A stretch of DNA of 64,000 nucleotides from Halarcobacter sp. (GTDB taxonomy: Bacteria; Campylobacterota; Campylobacteria; Campylobacterales; Arcobacteraceae): positions 416,001 to 480,000 of the forward strand of contig OY781089.1 in the NCBI GenBank assembly GCA_963676565.1, in the 5' to 3' direction. Shown piece by piece: positions 1 to 10,148 of the stretch. The stretch's first letter is position 1. Each line of letters starts with the position of its first letter. The translations under genes were made by a program, and so were the position numbers. The notes under the pieces were generated by a model, which did not search any database, was not told where the DNA came from, and was given only the letters and a program-made list of their open reading frames with translations.

Positions 1-420
1 AAAAATGATATACAAAGTATAAAAGATTATGCCTTTGCAAATTTACGTATGGTAAGTCCTATTATTGTTCAAAATGTGAAAAAAGCTGTTGAATTGTATG
101 AAAAGCTAGATTCTTTAGGAGAAGTTTCAGGATTAGTACACCTTGGAAATATTTATGAATATGGCTATTTTAAAGATGAATTTCCCCTTGATAAACAAAA
201 AGCTTTAAAATATTATGAAAAAGCTGCAAAGCAAAACTATACACCTGCCCAAAAGAAACTTGCTAAAATCTATCTTTGCCAAGAGTGTGAAGGAAATAGA
301 TATAATAAAGAAAAAGGGATAGAAGTTCTAAAAAGATTAACTTCAAAGGGTGATGATGAGGCTAAAGAACTTCTTATAAAACTTAGTTCTATAGGAACTG
401 AAGAGCCCATAGAACAATAG
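1..420 (+). CDS. Sel1-like repeat (TPR) protein, 5' truncated by the window edge
   Basis: Frame is open from base 1. Sel1 motifs LGNIYEYG...DKQKALKYYEKAAKQNYTPAQKKLAKIY. Confidence 0.85.
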   Translation, partial: KNDIQSIKDYAFANLRMVSPIIVQNVKKAVELYEKLDSLGEVSGLVHLGNIYEYGYFKDEFPLDKQKALKYYEKAAKQNYTPAQKKLAKIYLCQECEGNRYNKEKGIEVLKRLTSKGDDEAKELLIKLSSIGTEEPIEQ

Positions 421-1309
421 ATACAGTTAATAAGGAAACTAACGTTTGTAAGGTTATAATTGAAGCCATAAGCCTGCTATCTCCACCCAATTGTCTTGCT
501 AAGATAAAAGACGAAGGGGCTGTTGGCATACTTCCAAAGATTAAAAGCAGTGATAATAAAATACCCTCAAGACCAAATAGTCTTGCAATAATAAACATCA
601 CAATAGGCATAACAAGAAGTTTTAGAACTGAAGCTAATACTAATTCTAGTTTTGCTTCTTTTATTGAACTTAAATCAAGGGAAAAACCAATTGATAATAA
701 TCCCATTGGAAGAGCTGATGCACTTAATATTTTTAAAACATTTTCACCAATAATAGGTAAACTCAAATCAAGGTAGTTTATACCACCACCTATAAAACAT
801 GCTACAATCAATGGATTTGTAACAATTGATTTTAAAAGTCCAAATAATGTTGCCTTTTGATCACTTACATAAACAGCAAAAGATGTTATACAAATAAAAT
901 TTATAAAAGGTATTGCAAATGTTATAAGTAAAGCAGTTAAGGCTATTCCTCTATCTCCATATATTGCAGAGATTAAGGCTAAAAGCACATAGGTATTGAA
1001 TCTAACTGCACCTTGGATAACAGAACTAAAAGCAGGTCCTGCAGTTTTAAACTTGAAGTTTAAAATTATAGTTATAAAAAGTAAAGTAGTAATTCCCAAA
1101 ATACCAGTTAAAACAAAATCAAAAGCCTCTAAGCCATCTAAAGAAGCCGTTGAAAGTTTGTATATTAAAAGAGATGGCATAAGAACAAAATAAGTTAATT
1201 TATCTGCATTTGACCAAAATTCATTTGAAGGAAATTTTATCCTTTTAAAAAAGTATCCAATTAAAATAAGTAAAAATATTGGTATAAGTGCAGAAAAAAT
1301 ATGTTCCAT
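389..1309 (-). CDS. AEC (auxin efflux carrier) family transporter
   Basis: About 10 hydrophobic helices; motifs LTYFVLMPSL, NPLIVAC, KLLVMP, MPTAPSSFILARQLGGD. Confidence 0.9.
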   Translation of the reverse strand: MEHIFSALIPIFLLILIGYFFKRIKFPSNEFWSNADKLTYFVLMPSLLIYKLSTASLDGLEAFDFVLTGILGITTLLFITIILNFKFKTAGPAFSSVIQGAVRFNTYVLLALISAIYGDRGIALTALLITFAIPFINFICITSFAVYVSDQKATLFGLLKSIVTNPLIVACFIGGGINYLDLSLPIIGENVLKILSASALPMGLLSIGFSLDLSSIKEAKLELVLASVLKLLVMPIVMFIIARLFGLEGILLSLLLIFGSMPTAPSSFILARQLGGDSRLMASIITLQTLVSLLTVSIVLWALQFL

Positions 1310-1342
1310 TTTAAATAAGCTCCATTATAAATAAAAAAAAGA

Positions 1343-1371
1343 ATTATACCATAATTTGACCAAGTGGTCAT
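1343..1371 (-). promoter_or_regulatory. Extended -10 promoter (TGGTATAAT) of the AEC transporter gene, with an adjacent palindromic operator TTGACCAagTGGTCAt
   Basis: Reverse-complement TGGTATAAT at 1343-1351; perfect 6-2-6 inverted repeat at 1357-1370. Confidence 0.6.
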
Positions 1372-1388
1372 CTAATCTTTCTAGAAGT

Positions 1389-1415
1389 AAAAGTTAAGGA
1401 AAAACCTTAACTTTT
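1389..1415. terminator. Intrinsic terminator hairpin after the FMN reductase gene
   Basis: aaaagttaagg-aaaaa-ccttaactttt, a perfect 11-bp stem. Confidence 0.65.
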
Positions 1416-1923
1416 AGATTTGAGATAATTTGTTTAATTGAGTAATCATATTTTTAGCACTATCTTCATTTAATGGTTTTTCATATGTAGTTAGAAGTTC
1501 TCTAGCTAAAATATTTGCACCTAGGTGTTGAAATTGTATTCTCATAGCTTGAAGCCCTTTTGCTCCACCTCCACCACTGTGAGTTGCAAGTCCTACGATT
1601 TTTTCATGGAAAGCATCTCTCCAATCTTTTGTAGATCTTGAAGTCCATGCCATAGCGTTATTAAGAACTGGTGGCATAACCCCATTATACTCTGGAGCAA
1701 CAACAATAAATGCTTTTAACGATAATATCTTATCTGCTAATAATTTTACAGTTTCAGGAATACCATTTTTTTCCTCTTCAACTGTACTATAAAGTGGTAA
1801 ATTTAAATCCACTAAATTTATAACTTCTGATTCTACATTTAGTTCATCTGCTAATTGAGATAGTTTTTCACCTAGCTTCAAATTATTATTTGAACTAGCA
1901 ACTAAAATTCCAATTTTTGACAT
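1414..1923 (-). CDS. NAD(P)H-dependent FMN reductase (flavodoxin-like fold)
   Basis: Motifs LPLY, APEYNGVMPPVLNNAMAWTSR, GLATHSGGGG. Confidence 0.9.
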   Translation of the reverse strand: MSKIGILVASSNNNLKLGEKLSQLADELNVESEVINLVDLNLPLYSTVEEEKNGIPETVKLLADKILSLKAFIVVAPEYNGVMPPVLNNAMAWTSRSTKDWRDAFHEKIVGLATHSGGGGAKGLQAMRIQFQHLGANILARELLTTYEKPLNEDSAKNMITQLNKLSQI

Positions 1924-2051
1924 AACAATCCTTCATATTTAATTCATCAAACGCGAATTTTATAACTTTTAGTTTATGTAAATATTAAATTTATTCCTTA
2001 ACCACTAACTGCAAGGAATAATTCTTGTATATATTTTTTAAAAGGCTATTA

Positions 2052-2279
2052 ATGAAAAAAGGCTCTAAACCTTTCAATCCTAACGATTTTTTTACTACAC
2101 AAACAGTAAAAGATATAGTACCAAAATTTGAAGAACTTTATTCTTTAAACTTTAAAGAGATAAGTTTAAATGAAGAGCTTACAAGAAGAAATTATGAAAT
2201 TATTTCAAAAGAGTATAAAGATTTCATGTCTGCATCTTTGGCAGACTATTATGAGTTTGAGGTTGATGAGATAGTTTAG
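2052..2279 (+). CDS. Small acidic hypothetical protein (75 aa)
   Basis: ATG at 2052 preceded by AAGG; typical codon usage; no recognisable domain. Confidence 0.65.
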   Translation: MKKGSKPFNPNDFFTTQTVKDIVPKFEELYSLNFKEISLNEELTRRNYEIISKEYKDFMSASLADYYEFEVDEIV

Positions 2280-2285
2280 TGGAAA

Positions 2286-3170
2286 TTACTTTTCCACTAA
2301 ATCATACATAGCCTTAATTTCATCAGCCCAGATTGATTCATCAATTGTTTCTAAAACAAGAGGAATATCATCCATTCTTTCATCATTCATAATAAATTTA
2401 AAAGCATCCCAACCAATTTCACCTTCGCCTAAAGAGTGGTGTCTATCAACTCTACTTCCTAAAGGAGGCTTAGAATCATTTATATGCATACCTTTTAAAA
2501 ATTCACGTCCAACAATTTTATCAAAGTCACCCCATGTTTTATCATAGGCTTCACGTGTTCTAATATCATAACCAGCAGTAAACATGTGACAAGTATCTAT
2601 ACAAACACCAACTCTACTTTTATCTTCAATTTTATCAATGATATAAGCTAAGTGTTCAAATTTATACCCTAAGTTTGTCCCTTGTCCAGCAGTATTTTCA
2701 ATAACAGCAGTCACGCCACTTGTTTTATCAAGTGCTATATTGATTGATTCTGCTATTACTTCAAGGCATTGTAACTCTGCACTATAAATTAAATCATCAT
2801 AATCTTCTGCTCTTTTTGAAAACTTTTGTAGGTGACTTCCTGGGTGAAAGTTTAATCTATCAAGTCCAAGAATTTCACATCTTTGCATCTCATCTATAAA
2901 AGCATTTCTACTTTTAATCAGTTTTTCCTCTTCTGGATGCCCAAGGTTAATTAAATATGAATCGTGAGGCAAAATATGTTTTGGCTGAACTCCACTTTCT
3001 TCTAGATTTTTAAACCAAAGGTCTAAAGTTTTACTATCAAAAGGTTTTGCATCCCATCTTTTTTGATTTTTTGTAAATAGAGCAAAGGCTTTTGCTCCAA
3101 GTTCTTTTGCATTTAAAGGTGCGTTAAAAACTCCACCTGTTGCACTTACGTGTGCTCCAACATATTTCAT
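2286..3170 (-). CDS. nfo: Endonuclease IV (AP endonuclease)
   Basis: [52 protein letters not shown]. Confidence 0.97.
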   Translation of the reverse strand: MKYVGAHVSATGGVFNAPLNAKELGAKAFALFTKNQKRWDAKPFDSKTLDLWFKNLEESGVQPKHILPHDSYLINLGHPEEEKLIKSRNAFIDEMQRCEILGLDRLNFHPGSHLQKFSKRAEDYDDLIYSAELQCLEVIAESINIALDKTSGVTAVIENTAGQGTNLGYKFEHLAYIIDKIEDKSRVGVCIDTCHMFTAGYDIRTREAYDKTWGDFDKIVGREFLKGMHINDSKPPLGSRVDRHHSLGEGEIGWDAFKFIMNDERMDDIPLVLETIDESIWADEIKAMYDLVEK

Positions 3171-3207
3171 TAGATAGTCCTTGTTTACTTTTTTTGGGAT
3201 TGTACTA

Positions 3208-3591
3208 TTAATCTTTTTTGATTTTTATTAAGATACCATTTTCTTTATCCCTATGGATAATCTCTTTTTTATCACTTTCAAAAAGATTTTTCAAGAAGTT
3301 TTCATCATAACCTTTAGCTAAATATTCTTCATTAAAAACCCTAGAAGCTTGACATTCAAAAGTATCTCTACAGATTCTACCATCATAGATTTTCAGTTTT
3401 AAAACAGCAGTTCCTGCTGAAAGTATCTGAACTTCTGTATAGTTTTGAAACTTTGATATAAACCCTTTATCATAAAATTTTAGTTTAGGAGTTTTTATTA
3501 AAATTGTAGCACTTGATACAATTTTTGGTTGAGAAAAAGAACAACCTGAAATAAATAAAACAAAAATTAAAAAGTATATAATTCTTTTTAT
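3208..3591 (-). CDS. Putative lipoprotein (127 aa) with a non-canonical ATA start; absent from the ORF track
   Basis: Manual translation (I/M)[44 protein letters not shown]...GILIKIKKD*; lipobox ISGC; AAGGA Shine-Dalgarno 6 nt upstream; in-frame TAA just upstream. Confidence 0.8.
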   Translation of the reverse strand: MKRIIYFLIFVLFISGCSFSQPKIVSSATILIKTPKLKFYDKGFISKFQNYTEVQILSAGTAVLKLKIYDGRICRDTFECQASRVFNEEYLAKGYDENFLKNLFESDKKEIIHRDKENGILIKIKKD

Positions 3592-3663
3592 CTCTAATCC
3601 TTTTTATAAATATTTTCACTATAATACAAAAAAATAGATAAATTAAAAAATCAAAGGTTATTT

Positions 3664-4737
3664 TTGTTAGTTCATATTTGTTGCGCAGTTGATTCCCACT
3701 ACTTTTTAGAAAAACTTCAAGAAGAATTTCCTAATGAAAAAATGGTAGGATTTTTTTATGATCCTAATATTCATCCATACAATGAATACAGACTTAGATA
3801 CTTAGATGTAGAGTATTCATGTAAAAAACTAGGTATTGAATTACTTGAAGGTCCATACAATCTTGAAGAGTGGCTAAAGAAAGTAAAAGGCTTAGAAAAT
3901 GAACCTGAAAAAGGTGATAGATGTACAGTTTGTTTTGATGATAGATTGGAAGTTAGTGTAAAAAAAGCTATTGAGTTAGGGCATGATAAGTTCTCAACTT
4001 CACTTTTAATTTCACCAAAAAAATCACAAGACAAATTGGAAAAAATTGGAGCTTCTTTACAAGAAAAATACAATTGTGAATTTATTTTTAGAGATTATAG
4101 AAGTGGAAGTGGTACACAAATCCAAGGGGAAGTTGTAAAAGAAAATTCCCTTTATAGACAAAATTATTGTGGTTGTTTATTTGGACTTACACAACAAAGG
4201 GAACAGCAAAAGAAAATTATGGATGAGATGTTTTCACCAATTTCTAATCAAATCCTACCAGAATCAATTGAAAGTAGATTAGAACTTTATAAAAAGAGGG
4301 ATGAATTAGATGATAAAAAAATTCCATATAAAATCATTAAACAAAGATTTCTAAATTATAGAATTTTAAGTGGTAAAGTAAAAATTGATAAAAAAATTGT
4401 TCCTTCATATTTTTTATGTTATTCAACCCTAAATAGAAATAAAATGAATGGAAGGATTGATTACGAAAAAGATGAAGTTGCTTATTTAAATAGGGATGAA
4501 GTAAAGGTTCTAAGCCTAAATATTTTTAATGAAATAGGTAATAGTTTTTACAAATGTGTAAAAGATTTAATGTTTAATCCCCCTACTTTTGAATCAGAAT
4601 TAAATATTAGACAAAAAATCACTCAAAATCCATATGGTCTTTCGACTATTGTTGTAATTGATGAAATAATTGATGGTAAATATGAAATAGAATTAGATGC
4701 AAAAATATATGAAGATGTTAAAGAAGTGATTATATGA
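3664..4737 (+). CDS. queH: Epoxyqueuosine reductase QueH with a long C-terminal extension
   Basis: LVHICCAVDS, FYDPNIHP, RCTVC, YRQNYCGC; TTG start. Confidence 0.88.
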   Translation: MLVHICCAVDSHYFLEKLQEEFPNEKMVGFFYDPNIHPYNEYRLRYLDVEYSCKKLGIELLEGPYNLEEWLKKVKGLENEPEKGDRCTVCFDDRLEVSVKKAIELGHDKFSTSLLISPKKSQDKLEKIGASLQEKYNCEFIFRDYRSGSGTQIQGEVVKENSLYRQNYCGCLFGLTQQREQQKKIMDEMFSPISNQILPESIESRLELYKKRDELDDKKIPYKIIKQRFLNYRILSGKVKIDKKIVPSYFLCYSTLNRNKMNGRIDYEKDEVAYLNRDEVKVLSLNIFNEIGNSFYKCVKDLMFNPPTFESELNIRQKITQNPYGLSTIVVIDEIIDGKYEIELDAKIYEDVKEVII

Positions 4738-5777
4738 AACTTTTGGTAAGTGCCCTTGAAACCTCATCAAATATTCACCTAAAAGAACTAAAAAAACACC
4801 TAAAAGATGACATAGAATTTTTTGGTGTTTTTGATAAAGAATTGGGGAATCCACTTTATGACCTTTCTCACCTTGCAATTATGGGATTTGTTGATGCCAT
4901 AAAAAAATTAAGATTTTTCTTCAAATTAAGAGATGAGTTAGTTAAACTAGCACGGGATTGTGATAAGGTTTTACTAATGGATAGTTCAGGATTTAATCTT
5001 ACCCTTGCAAAAAAACTAAAAGCAACTTATCCAAATAAAGAGATAATCTATTATATCCTTCCTCAAGCTTGGGCTTGGAAAAAAGGAAGAGTAAAAAAAC
5101 TAGAGAAATATTGTACAAAATTATGTTCAATACTACCCTTTGAAAAAGATATATATACAAAAAAAGAGATGATTACTTATGTGGGACATCCACTTTTAGA
5201 TGAGATAAAAGAGTTTAAAACCCAAATCTCAAAAACAAATAAAATTATATATATGCCTGGAAGTAGAAAAAGTGAAATCATAAACCATATGCCTATTTTC
5301 AGAGAACTTTCAAAAAAAATTAAAGAAAAAAAGCATATTTTGATTATCCCTGAAAAATTTGATGATGAATATATAAAAAAGATTTATGGAGATATTAGTT
5401 CTTTTGAAGTTTCAAGGGATTCACATAAAGAACTTAGAGAAGCTGAATTTGGCTTTATATGTTCAGGAACAGCAACATTAGAAGCTGCAATTATAGGAAC
5501 ACCTTTTGTATTAAGTTATATTGCAAAAAAGATTGATTACTTTATTGCAATAAAATTAATTAAACTTCCTTCCATTGGTTTGGCAAATATATTTTTTGAA
5601 AAAATGGGTAAAAAACCAATACATAAAGAGTTCCTACAAGATGAAGTTACAGTTGATAATTTATTCAATGAATACAACTTGATGAATAGAGATGATTACT
5701 TGAAAAATTCTCAAATTTTGAGAGACTACTTACAAGGTGGTAGTTCCCAAAACGTTGCAAACATAATCCAAAACTAA
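4734..5777 (+). CDS. lpxB: Lipid-A-disaccharide synthase
   Basis: MDSSGFN, YILPQAWAWK, YVGHPL, PGSRKSEI, SGTATLE. Confidence 0.96.
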   Translation: MKLLVSALETSSNIHLKELKKHLKDDIEFFGVFDKELGNPLYDLSHLAIMGFVDAIKKLRFFFKLRDELVKLARDCDKVLLMDSSGFNLTLAKKLKATYPNKEIIYYILPQAWAWKKGRVKKLEKYCTKLCSILPFEKDIYTKKEMITYVGHPLLDEIKEFKTQISKTNKIIYMPGSRKSEIINHMPIFRELSKKIKEKKHILIIPEKFDDEYIKKIYGDISSFEVSRDSHKELREAEFGFICSGTATLEAAIIGTPFVLSYIAKKIDYFIAIKLIKLPSIGLANIFFEKMGKKPIHKEFLQDEVTVDNLFNEYNLMNRDDYLKNSQILRDYLQGGSSQNVANIIQN

Positions 5778-5835
5778 TTTTTTTTTGGATAAAATATATG
5801 ACTTTTTTAAACATAGAACACAATAGGAAACAATA

Positions 5836-6279
5836 ATGTTAGACATAATGGAAATTCAAGAGATTTTACCTCATAGATACCCTTTTTTATTAGTAGATAG
5901 AATTACTGATATGGAAAAAGCAAAAAGTATCACAGGATATAAAAACATCTCTATTAGTGAACCTGCTTTTATGGGACACTTCCCAGGACACCCAATCTAC
6001 CCTGGTGTATTAATTCTAGAAGGAATGGCACAAGCAGGAGGAGTACTTGCACTTAAGAGTAATGACCTAACACAAGAAGAATTGAAAAATAAAGTAATCT
6101 ATTTTATGAGTATTGATGGTGCGAAATTTAGAAGTCCAGTTAGACCTGGTGATAAACTTGTATACAAAATTGAAGTTAAAAAATTAAGAGGAAACCTAAT
6201 CGTACTTGATGGTAAAGCTTTTGTAGATGATAATTTAGTTGCTGAAGCAGAATTAAAAGCTATGATTGTTGATAAATAA
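5836..6279 (+). CDS. fabZ: 3-hydroxyacyl-ACP dehydratase
   Basis: [31 protein letters not shown]. Confidence 0.98.
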   Translation: MLDIMEIQEILPHRYPFLLVDRITDMEKAKSITGYKNISISEPAFMGHFPGHPIYPGVLILEGMAQAGGVLALKSNDLTQEELKNKVIYFMSIDGAKFRSPVRPGDKLVYKIEVKKLRGNLIVLDGKAFVDDNLVAEAELKAMIVDK

Positions 6280-6291
6280 TATAGGGTTGTA

Positions 6292-7074
6292 ATGAGTAAT
6301 ATTCACAAAACAGCAATAATCGAAGATGGAGCAATAATTGGTGAAAATGTAACTATTGGAGCATTTACAGTTATTGGGAAAGATGTTAAAATTGGTGATG
6401 GTACATCAATTGGTTCTCACACTTTAATTGAGGGTAAAACCACTATTGGTAAGAACAATCAAATATTTTCCCATGCAACATTAGGAAGTATTCCCCAAGA
6501 TTTAAAATTTGATGGGGAAGATGTAGAGTTAGTTATTGGTGACAATAATAAAATTAGAGAATATACTCTTTTTAATCCTGGAACAAAAGGTGGTGGAAGT
6601 ATTACTAAAATAGGTGACAACAATCTATTTATGGGATATACTCACGTTGCACATGATGTTATAGTTGGAAATAATTGTGTATTTGCAAATGTTGCAACAC
6701 TTGCTGGACATGTTGAGATTGATGATAATGTAGTTATTGGTGGTCTTACACCTATACACCAATTTTGTAAAATTGGTTCAAACGTTATGGTTGCTGGTGG
6801 TTCTGTAGTTACTCAAGATATTCCACCTTTTTGTCTAGCTGAAGGTAATAGAGCAATATTGCGAGGACTTAATTTAAATGGTTTAAGAAGAAGATTTGAT
6901 AATAGATCTGATATTGATGAAGTTAGAAAAGCATATAAGGCGATATTTGAATCAGGTAATCCTATTGCAGATGTAGCCAATGACCTTCTTGAAAATAATG
7001 ACAATAAATATGTACAGGAATTAGCAAGTTTTGTAGTTAATACAAAACGTGGAATTCCTTTTAATAGAAAATAG
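6292..7074 (+). CDS. lpxA: UDP-N-acetylglucosamine acyltransferase
   Basis: Hexapeptide repeats, PQDLKF, HVAHD, LAGHV, HQF. Confidence 0.98.
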   Translation: MSNIHKTAIIEDGAIIGENVTIGAFTVIGKDVKIGDGTSIGSHTLIEGKTTIGKNNQIFSHATLGSIPQDLKFDGEDVELVIGDNNKIREYTLFNPGTKGGGSITKIGDNNLFMGYTHVAHDVIVGNNCVFANVATLAGHVEIDDNVVIGGLTPIHQFCKIGSNVMVAGGSVVTQDIPPFCLAEGNRAILRGLNLNGLRRRFDNRSDIDEVRKAYKAIFESGNPIADVANDLLENNDNKYVQELASFVVNTKRGIPFNRK

Positions 7075-7086
7075 GAGATAAGTTTA

Positions 7087-8301
7087 ATGGCTAAACTTGA
7101 ATGTGATTTTTGTGGAGCACCGGATACGGCTGATAATCCAATAATTTCTGGAGACAATGCTTGTATTTGTAAATCATGCGTTAACGCTGCTCACGAAATA
7201 ATGGTAGGGAACCAAATTCCTGAACAAGATTCTAAAAACCCAGATACAATTAAAGAGCACTTTGAAATTAAAACACCTGCCCAATTAAAAGATATCTTAG
7301 ATGATTATGTAATTGGTCAAAATAGAGCAAAAAAAGTTTTATCTGTTGCAGTTTATAATCACTATAAAAGAATTTTCAGACATGATGAACTTGAAGATGA
7401 TATTGAGATAAATAAATCAAATGTACTATTGATTGGACCAACAGGGTCAGGTAAAACACTACTTGCTCAAACAATAGCAAAATATCTTGATGTTCCTTTA
7501 GCAATTGCTGATGCAACTTCACTTACTGAAGCAGGATATGTTGGTGATGATGTTGAAAATGTTGTTACAAGACTTATTCAAGCAGCTGATGGAGATGTTC
7601 AAAGAGCTGAAACTGGAATTATTTTTATTGATGAAGTTGATAAAGTTGCAAGAATGAGTGAAAATAGATCAATCACTAGGGATGTTTCAGGAGAAGGTGT
7701 TCAACAAGCACTTCTTAAAATCATTGAGGGGTCTGTTGTAAATGTTCCACCAAAAGGTGGTAGAAAGCACCCTGGTCAAGATGCAATTCAAGTTGATACT
7801 ACAAATATTTTATTTATTTGTGGTGGAGCTTTTGATGGTCTTGAAGAGATTGTTAAAAAGAAAAAAGGTGGAAATGTATTAGGTTTCAACCAAGAGAAAA
7901 AAAGTAAAGATGATGATAGTATAATTGCCGATGTTGAAGCTCATGATTTAGTTAAATATGGACTTATTCCAGAACTTATTGGTAGACTTCATATGATTGC
8001 TACATTAAATGAAATCTCTGAAGATGATATGGTACACATCTTAACTGAACCAAAGAATGCATTGATTAAACAATATATCAAACTATTCCAAATGGATAAT
8101 GTAACTTTAGAATTTGAAGATGATGCATTAAAACAAATTGCAAAACTTGCTATTGAAAGAAAAACGGGAGCAAGAGGTCTTAGATCAATTTTAGAAGATG
8201 TAATGCTTGATATTATGTATGATTTACCTGAATATAAAGATAAAACAGTAACAATCACACAAGATGTTGTTTCAAAAAAAAATGAACCAAAAATAGCTTA
8301 G
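7087..8301 (+). CDS. clpX: ATP-dependent Clp protease ATP-binding subunit
   Basis: C4 zinc domain, [12 protein letters not shown] pore loop, [21 protein letters not shown]. Confidence 0.98.
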   Translation: MAKLECDFCGAPDTADNPIISGDNACICKSCVNAAHEIMVGNQIPEQDSKNPDTIKEHFEIKTPAQLKDILDDYVIGQNRAKKVLSVAVYNHYKRIFRHDELEDDIEINKSNVLLIGPTGSGKTLLAQTIAKYLDVPLAIADATSLTEAGYVGDDVENVVTRLIQAADGDVQRAETGIIFIDEVDKVARMSENRSITRDVSGEGVQQALLKIIEGSVVNVPPKGGRKHPGQDAIQVDTTNILFICGGAFDGLEEIVKKKKGGNVLGFNQEKKSKDDDSIIADVEAHDLVKYGLIPELIGRLHMIATLNEISEDDMVHILTEPKNALIKQYIKLFQMDNVTLEFEDDALKQIAKLAIERKTGARGLRSILEDVMLDIMYDLPEYKDKTVTITQDVVSKKNEPKIA

Positions 8302-8311
8302 AAGGATATAG

Positions 8312-9343
8312 ATGTTATTAGATAAATTAATAGGTGTATTTTCAAATGATATGGCAATTGACTTAGGAACTGCTAATACTATTGTTTCTGTAAAAGGAAA
8401 AGGTATTATCATAAATGAACCATCAGTGGTTGCAGTACAAAATGACAGATATGGAAAAGATAAAATATTAGCCGTTGGACAAGAAGCTAAACAGATGATT
8501 GGTAAAACACCATTAAATATAACAGCTGTACGTCCTATGAAAGATGGAGTTATTGCTGATTTTGAAATGACAGAAAGAATGATTAGATATTTCATTGAAA
8601 AAGCCCATGCAAGAAAATCTTTTATTAGACCTAGAATAATTATCTGTATCCCTTATGGTATTACACAAGTTGAAAGAAAAGCTGTAAAAGAATCAGCTTT
8701 AAGTGCAGGAGCTAGAGAAGTATTTTTAGTTGAAGAGCCTATGGCTGCAGCAATTGGAGCAGGAATTCCTGTTTCAGATCCATCTGGATATGTTGTAGTT
8801 GATATTGGTGGAGGTACAACAGAAATTGGTGTAACTTCACTTGGTGGATTAGTTCTTTCAAAATCAATAAAAGTAGCTGGTGATAGATTTGACAAAGCTA
8901 TTATGGAATATGTAAGACAAAATTACAATCTATATATTGGTGAAAGAACAGCTGAGAATATTAAAATTGAGATTGGTTCAGCTATAAAACAAGATGCAGA
9001 ACTAAAAATCAAAGTAAAAGGTAGAGATAACTCTGGATTACTTTCAACAATTGAATTAGGAAGTGAAGGTGTTAGAACTGCTATTAAAGAACCTCTAAGA
9101 GAGATTGTTTCAGCAGTAAGATCAGTATTAGAAAATATGCCACCAGATTTAGCAGGAGATGTTGTTGATAATGGTGTAATGCTAACAGGTGGTGGAGCAC
9201 TTATTAGAGGACTTGATAAATATCTTGCTGATATTATTAAACTTCCAGTTAGAGTTGCTGATGAACCATTATTAGCAGTAGCATATGGTACAAGCAATGT
9301 ATTAGACCAGGACGCACTTTTAAAATTAATTACTAATGAATAA
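8312..9343 (+). CDS. mreB: Rod shape-determining protein MreB
   Basis: IDLGTANT, RPMKDGVIADF, DIGGGTTE, LTGGGALIRG. Confidence 0.98.
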   Translation: MLLDKLIGVFSNDMAIDLGTANTIVSVKGKGIIINEPSVVAVQNDRYGKDKILAVGQEAKQMIGKTPLNITAVRPMKDGVIADFEMTERMIRYFIEKAHARKSFIRPRIIICIPYGITQVERKAVKESALSAGAREVFLVEEPMAAAIGAGIPVSDPSGYVVVDIGGGTTEIGVTSLGGLVLSKSIKVAGDRFDKAIMEYVRQNYNLYIGERTAENIKIEIGSAIKQDAELKIKVKGRDNSGLLSTIELGSEGVRTAIKEPLREIVSAVRSVLENMPPDLAGDVVDNGVMLTGGGALIRGLDKYLADIIKLPVRVADEPLLAVAYGTSNVLDQDALLKLITNE

Positions 9344-10148
9344 ATTTCTATTTTTTATTCTTTTTTTAGCTATCTCCCTTGGATATATCTTTGATTTAGA
9401 CAAGGTTGTAGCTAAAAATTTTACCCCTTTTACATCACTAAAAAAACTATATATTGATACAAAAACATCAATAAAAGAAACAAAAGATAAATACTTCAAT
9501 CAAACAAAAACTATAGAGTTTTTACAAAATGAAAATAAAGAGCTAAAAAGCTTTAAACTAAAATATCAATCTGCAAAAAATGAATTAGACAATTTAAATA
9601 AAAATCTAAACCATACAAATGCAACAACGGAACAAATTAAATTTACAAAAGTTTTATCATATGTTGATTTTGATGACTATACAAAAATTTGGTTAGATAT
9701 GGAAAAAAAAGATGACTCTATTTTAGGAGTTATTTCAGACCAATATGCAGCAGGAATTGTTGTAAATAAAGACAACAAAGCAAAAGCTTTATTAAATGGA
9801 AATGAAAAATGTAATTATGCAATTTTTATTGGAGAAAATGAAGCACCAGGAATTATCCATGCATCAAAAAATGGTCAATATTTAGTAGCTAAATTTATCC
9901 CTATTTGGTTTGATATTAAAAAGGGTGATGAAGTTATAACCTCAGGAATGGATAATATCTTTTTCAAAGGTTTAAAAGTTGGACGTGTTTTATCAATAAA
10001 AAAGATGCAAGATTTACAAGAAGCTACTATTTTACCCTATGCAAAAGTTTTAAAACAAAACTCATTTTTTGTTTATAAAAAAATTCAAAAAGAGAAAAAA
10101 GAAACTAAAGAAGTTAAAGAAGAGGAAACTTCTAATAAGAAGCCATAA
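9336..10148 (+). CDS. mreC: Rod shape-determining protein MreC
   Basis: Overlaps the mreB stop; N-terminal TM, coiled coil, GDEVITSGMDNIF motif. Confidence 0.92.
   Translation: MNKFLFFILFLAISLGYIFDLDKVVAKNFTPFTSLKKLYIDTKTSIKETKDKYFNQTKTIEFLQNENKELKSFKLKYQSAKNELDNLNKNLNHTNATTEQIKFTKVLSYVDFDDYTKIWLDMEKKDDSILGVISDQYAAGIVVNKDNKAKALLNGNEKCNYAIFIGENEAPGIIHASKNGQYLVAKFIPIWFDIKKGDEVITSGMDNIFFKGLKVGRVLSIKKMQDLQEATILPYAKVLKQNSFFVYKKIQKEKKETKEVKEEETSNKKP

Noticed and set aside
1991..2021. 9-bp inverted repeat ttattcctt-N13-aaggaataa between divergent genes
   Set aside because: AT-rich and could occur by chance; matches no operator I recognise.
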